Shown here: positions 59,601-64,000 of the stretch, in pieces | How the letters are laid out: each line of letters opens with the position of its first letter | How positions within the stretch are numbered: the stretch's first letter is position 1 | Source: Nemertoderma westbladi | Taxonomy: Eukaryota > Animalia > Xenacoelomorpha | DNA length: 64,000 bases | Direction: 5' to 3' | Assembly (NCBI GenBank): GCA_032718475.1 | Contig: JAUCBJ010006459.1 | Location: 36,552 to 100,551, forward strand | Translations under genes and position numbers: made by a program | Notes under the pieces: generated by a model | Told to the model about the DNA's origin: nothing | The model's database searches: none | The model's input: only the letters and a program-made list of their open reading frames with translations

Positions 59601-61504
59601 TGCTGCTTCACAGTAAGCCAATTGAAGGTTGCATGGCGGTGGAACGAATTTTTGTTATAGATAGATAGGTACTTACATACCGCATTATAAACTTGAGAGA
59701 TTCAACCAAAGATTTTAAGTATTTAATTTACCGCTGTGCCATAAGCAGGCTAGGCTGATTTAAAAATTTTATATTTATTCAATCATATTTTTTGCATCAT
59801 TCTTATCTGTTTATTACAACACTCTTCGAATTAAATTACATGCAGTACCGCTCATGTGATATATTAAATTACATATTTTAAAGCTAATAACTCTAACTGT
59901 CTAAAGTTCAGTTTCGACTAGAAATAAAATTATTAACTAATAATTAAATGTTAAATAATTACCTTTAGTGTCTTTGATGGATGGCGACCCTTTATTATTG
60001 GTCCCGATACGGTTGAAAGGCATCACAAGATTGACCTCGATCTTTGCACTGTTCACGTATTGAATGTATGTACCCCATGACGTATGTACCCCATGCCGTT
60101 ATAAAAATATACAGCAAATAATTGAGACGCAACAAAAATTAATTTAAATTACAGTTATACAATGCAGTATGTTGTATTACACACCGTTATACAGTACCTA
60201 CTACTGTACACTGTATACTTTACTCCTGAGTTCTGTATGAACCAATATACCACTATTTTACATCATTCAGTACTTGGGCAGTTCCAGTATTGCCTGTAAT
60301 TGGATGACTCATCACAGACACTGGTTCCCATAGCGTGGGAAAGTTTGTCGTTCAGATAATTATTATTTTGTACGGAAAATGTTTAGTATTGAACCGCTAT
60401 TGAACTACGGTTATTAAAAACATAGTTTGGACATTTTTTGAACGACAATTTTAAAAATATCTGAACTGAAATTGAACTGGTTAATTTTTATTGGATAATA
60501 AACATTATTCAAACGTTCACAATAGAAAACGGAAATATAACTTGCCATTTACAAATCGTTACTTTTCAGTTTCTTAACTCAAATTGAACTGGATATTGCT
60601 TTGGACGCCATTCAAACGTCCAAGAACATTAACGGGAATTTAACTGATACCATTATTGAACGTTACTTTTCAGTTGAAACACCAACACCATTTAGGCGTT
60701 ATTATATGGAGACGAATTTAGAACGTTTAAATCTGGTACAGTATGTGCGACGTTTATGGAGTGGACATGTTCTCAACGTCCAAAAGCTGTGTGTGAACGT
60801 TATGTGCTACTAGGGTAGTCATTGTTCCAGTAGTAGTCGAAGAAGTATCTCGTACATAGTTGTTCCGCTATATTCCCCGTACATAGATTCCAACTAGTTG
60901 TATTCTCCCCTACGCTAAACGGTGGCGATTCGCCTCTGATATTCGACTAGGCAGTCGGGACCCCGATTTTACGAAAATCAATTTATCTCGGCTTCGGAAT
61001 TAACATTAATATAAATAAATTAACCGACTTTGGTGATGGATCGGCGAGGGTCGCAATTGTCTTGACGCGTTATATTTATACTCATTTTAATTACTTTGGC
61101 TATATTTAATTTACTGTAGCTACATTTTAACATTGGAGCTGTTGGCCCTACATCATTCGCAATTTTATATTCTGGAATGCTGAGAACATTTCGTTTATTT
61201 CATAAGTAGCTTGGCAACAATGCAATGCCTACATGATAATACTAGTACGCCATGTCCCGTAGTCATTTTCTGATGACACGGACCCCCCCCCCCCCCCAGA
61301 TTTTTCTACAAATCTTTATCATATTGCTTGAAATTTGAAACACAACTAGTTCCACTCACCATCGATGACCCCCATGAAGCCGGAATTTTCGATTTTGCCT
61401 TAAAAATTTTTTTGTAAGCGTTAAGGATATTCATACATAATCAATATGTTCTAGAACATTGTGAATTTATGTTCTAGAATAAATGGCCTGCAGCAGAAGC
61501 AAAT

Positions 61505-61887
61505 ACATGCAAAATCGAATGCCCATATCTCAGCTATTTCCAAACCAAATTCAAATATTTTTATATATTTGGAATCCTTGCATGGTTTTCCTTGCTTTCC
61601 ACTAGTACCAACAAATCACTATAAGGTTGAAGAGTAACTGCGGTGTAACTGGTGCAATATCGACGGGGACACTTTTTTTAAACGCTTGTAGCTAAAGAAT
61701 GAAAGCAAAAATAAAAAGTCTGGCTCACCCAGTCAGTGGTCGGGAGGTGAAACTATCTCTGTTTCAAATTTCATGCAATCTCATTAAAATTTGTAGAAAA
61801 ATTTGGGGGGGGGGGGGCATGTACCTGAATAACGACACTATTTTCCAGGACATGCTGTATTGTATAGTGTCGTAATTCAGTGACATG

Positions 61888-61918
<31 letters not shown>

Positions 61919-62212
61919 AAAAATTCTACAAATCTTAACGAGATTGCATGAAATTTGAAACAGAGATAGTTTCACCTCCCTCCTCCTTGCTGGGTGAGCC
62001 AGAATTTTTATTTTTGCTTTCATTCTTTAGCTACAAGCGTTTGAAAGAGGTGTCTCCATCGGTATTGCGCCAGATACACCGCAGTTATTCTTCAACCTTA
62101 TAGCGATTTGTTGATATTAACGGAAAGCTGGCCATGCAAGGATTCCACAGATGTACACAATCTGAATTTCGTCGTAGAATAGCTGAGATAGAGCGTTCGA
62201 AAGTTGCATGGT
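61505..62212. repeat. Two head-to-head inverted copies (~340 bp each) of a dispersed element ending TAGTGTCGTAATTCAGTGACA
   Basis: Arms ~61505-61840 and ~61865-62212 match in reverse complement; related ends near 8175-8202, 53793 and 61260. Confidence 0.75.
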
Positions 62213-62619
62213 TTTGCACCTCGACGAGGCTATTTTATCATATTTAATAATAATAAATCACCATTATTCTAGAACATTTTGTTTATCCCATACGCAGCTG
62301 GGCAACAATGCAATAACTCTAGAGTCATGCTATTGCGTAGCTATTCGTACGTAAACAAAGTGTTCCAGAATATGGTATATTTGTTGGTACTGTATTAAAT
62401 TATGCACAAAAATCAACCAAAATAATGTTTTAATTAGGTTCTATCCTGTATGATCAATACTTTTTTAACCCAGCTCTATAGGACGCACCTAAAATGGAAT
62501 AGTTTTTTTTTACGTAATTTTATTAAATTCATTCTTGCGCAATCGCTTCATATCTTAGCATGTCCTGGTTTCTCATAGCCACGTCGGGTTAACTGTGCCA
62601 TGTATAATGCACACAGTTC

Positions 62620-62940
62620 CAACCAGACACTATATACCATTGGATGTGTCTCGTTGGTTTCCCCAAGCTTCACACTAGAACAAAATTTCGCCGTGAGGAC
62701 CAGCCAGTGCGTAATCTTGTGCTTTGGCAGCCTCATGGAGTGAATAAGCATGGTGGACAGCCCATGACTTTCTTGAGACGCTTCTTAAACGACACTGGCC
62801 TTGAAGATGCGGATAATATCGCGAAAGTATTGTGGGATAGGGAGTTGTGGCGGCGCAATTTTGTTGATAAGCCGGCACAGCATTCTTAATGCACGCTGCA
62901 TTGGGCTTGCCAATTGTGTATTGCATGGTGGGCACAAAAT
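62620..62940 (+). pseudogene. RTE 3'-end fragment with 3' UTR
   Basis: RREDQPVRNLVLWQPHGVNKHGGQPMTFLRR...NFVDKPAQHS*, near-identical to the 51473 C-terminus. Confidence 0.85.
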
Positions 62941-62956
62941 ATTTTTCTTAGGCTGG

Positions 62957-63060
62957 CATAGCATGAACATAGCATGTCATGAACATAGCATATCATGAAC
63001 ATAGCATATCATGAACGTAGCATATCATGAACATAGCATATCATGAACATAGCATAGCAT
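62957..63060. repeat. 16-bp tandem repeat (CATAGCATATCATGAA)n
   Basis: About 6 copies, read directly. Confidence 0.85.
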
Positions 63061-64000
63061 GGACATTGTGCAGCTTCAATGCAGCAGGCCGATTATAGCT
63101 TACGAAGGAATAATGTGGGTGGTTGTCCCGTGTGCGATGCGAATGGGAAAGGACTTTTTTGGAATTAGATTATCGGGTAAGCAGGTTTTATCTATTCCTC
63201 AATGATTTTTTTTCATTTATACATTATATATAGATACTATTTAAAATATATTTTATTATCCACTTAATTAATAATATCGATTATGTGGCTAGTTAAAAAT
63301 ACTGAAAACGGAGGCCCCTAGATCAACCCCGTGTTCATCCAGAATTGTAGGAACTTATTCATTAACAGTGGAATACATAGAATAAATGTAATTAAGAAAC
63401 ATTATACTGTAGATAAGGTGGGGATGATTAAAACAATATATAACATGTGATTCAAGCTCTATTTCAAAGTCTATTTGAATCACATTTGTTATGTTTTATT
63501 TGAATAAAATGTATTGTGATTATTAAACCAATGAAGTAAAAGTGGCGTCCTTCATGCATTTGCGGGGTTATCTAGCTGCTGATCTTCTTTCTGGTTCATA
63601 AATTTTTGATCGTTTTCTTTAAAATATTAATTGCTTTTATTATATATTTCGATAAAATAATCCATTAAAAATTCATATTTCTTGAAAGAAATTGGATACA
63701 ACATAAATGTGTTATGATTCACTGAAGTCAGACATTATTTCTCATTATCTAATGCCATTATAATCCGTGCCAAAAGACTTAGGTTGTATTATTATACGTA
63801 ATACAAATGAATATATCAGTACATATACCTGGAAGTTATGCGCTATGCGCAGGCTCTATGCTGAGAAAACTAAACTACTTTTTCTTTCAATTGGCGATAG
63901 AATACAGATCAGGGTGTGCTACACAGTAGTGCCTTCGCTATGAATGTCTCATGTTATAAATCGCCATCCCTCCCTCACCACCGCCAACACTACTCACTTC

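Noticed and set aside
57670-60070. Possible host exons (~57670-58010, 59042-59168, 59950-60060; also ~46995-47127)
   Set aside because: Short higher-complexity segments with some splice-like ends, but no recognisable domain or consistent open frame; transcript data would be needed.

Overview
AT-rich eukaryotic (probably invertebrate) genomic DNA made almost entirely of nested transposable elements; no host gene could be supported. The core is a nested stack. A CR1/L2-type LINE (~11226-40330, +) is split by a 21.9-kb BEL/Pao LTR retrotransposon (element A, 12781-34660, -; TSD GAGCC; near-identical 1.9-kb LTRs) and by an intact-ORF 2A-PHD-APE-RT LINE (36049-40007, -; TSD GAATAG). Element A's gag is in turn interrupted by a hATm-like DNA transposon. 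A second, divergent BEL/Pao (element B, 654-6990, +) and a third gag remnant lie to the left. The right third holds SINEs, MITEs, a Penelope-like palindrome, a minisatellite and decayed L2/RTE pieces. Most notable: both BEL/Pao elements carry, in the env position, a homologous accessory gene for a DEDDy (WRN/EXD/Mut-7-like) 3'-5' exonuclease followed by CCHC knuckle(s) and a shared unknown C-terminal motif. Element A also has TA...TA termini, no tRNA-type PBS but an 11-nt PBS exactly complementary to a site in its own LTR, a tRNA-derived Pol III unit inside each LTR, and about 10 copies of a 20-nt hairpin motif dispersed across UTRs and different reading frames. All comparisons were made by eye; no database searches were run.
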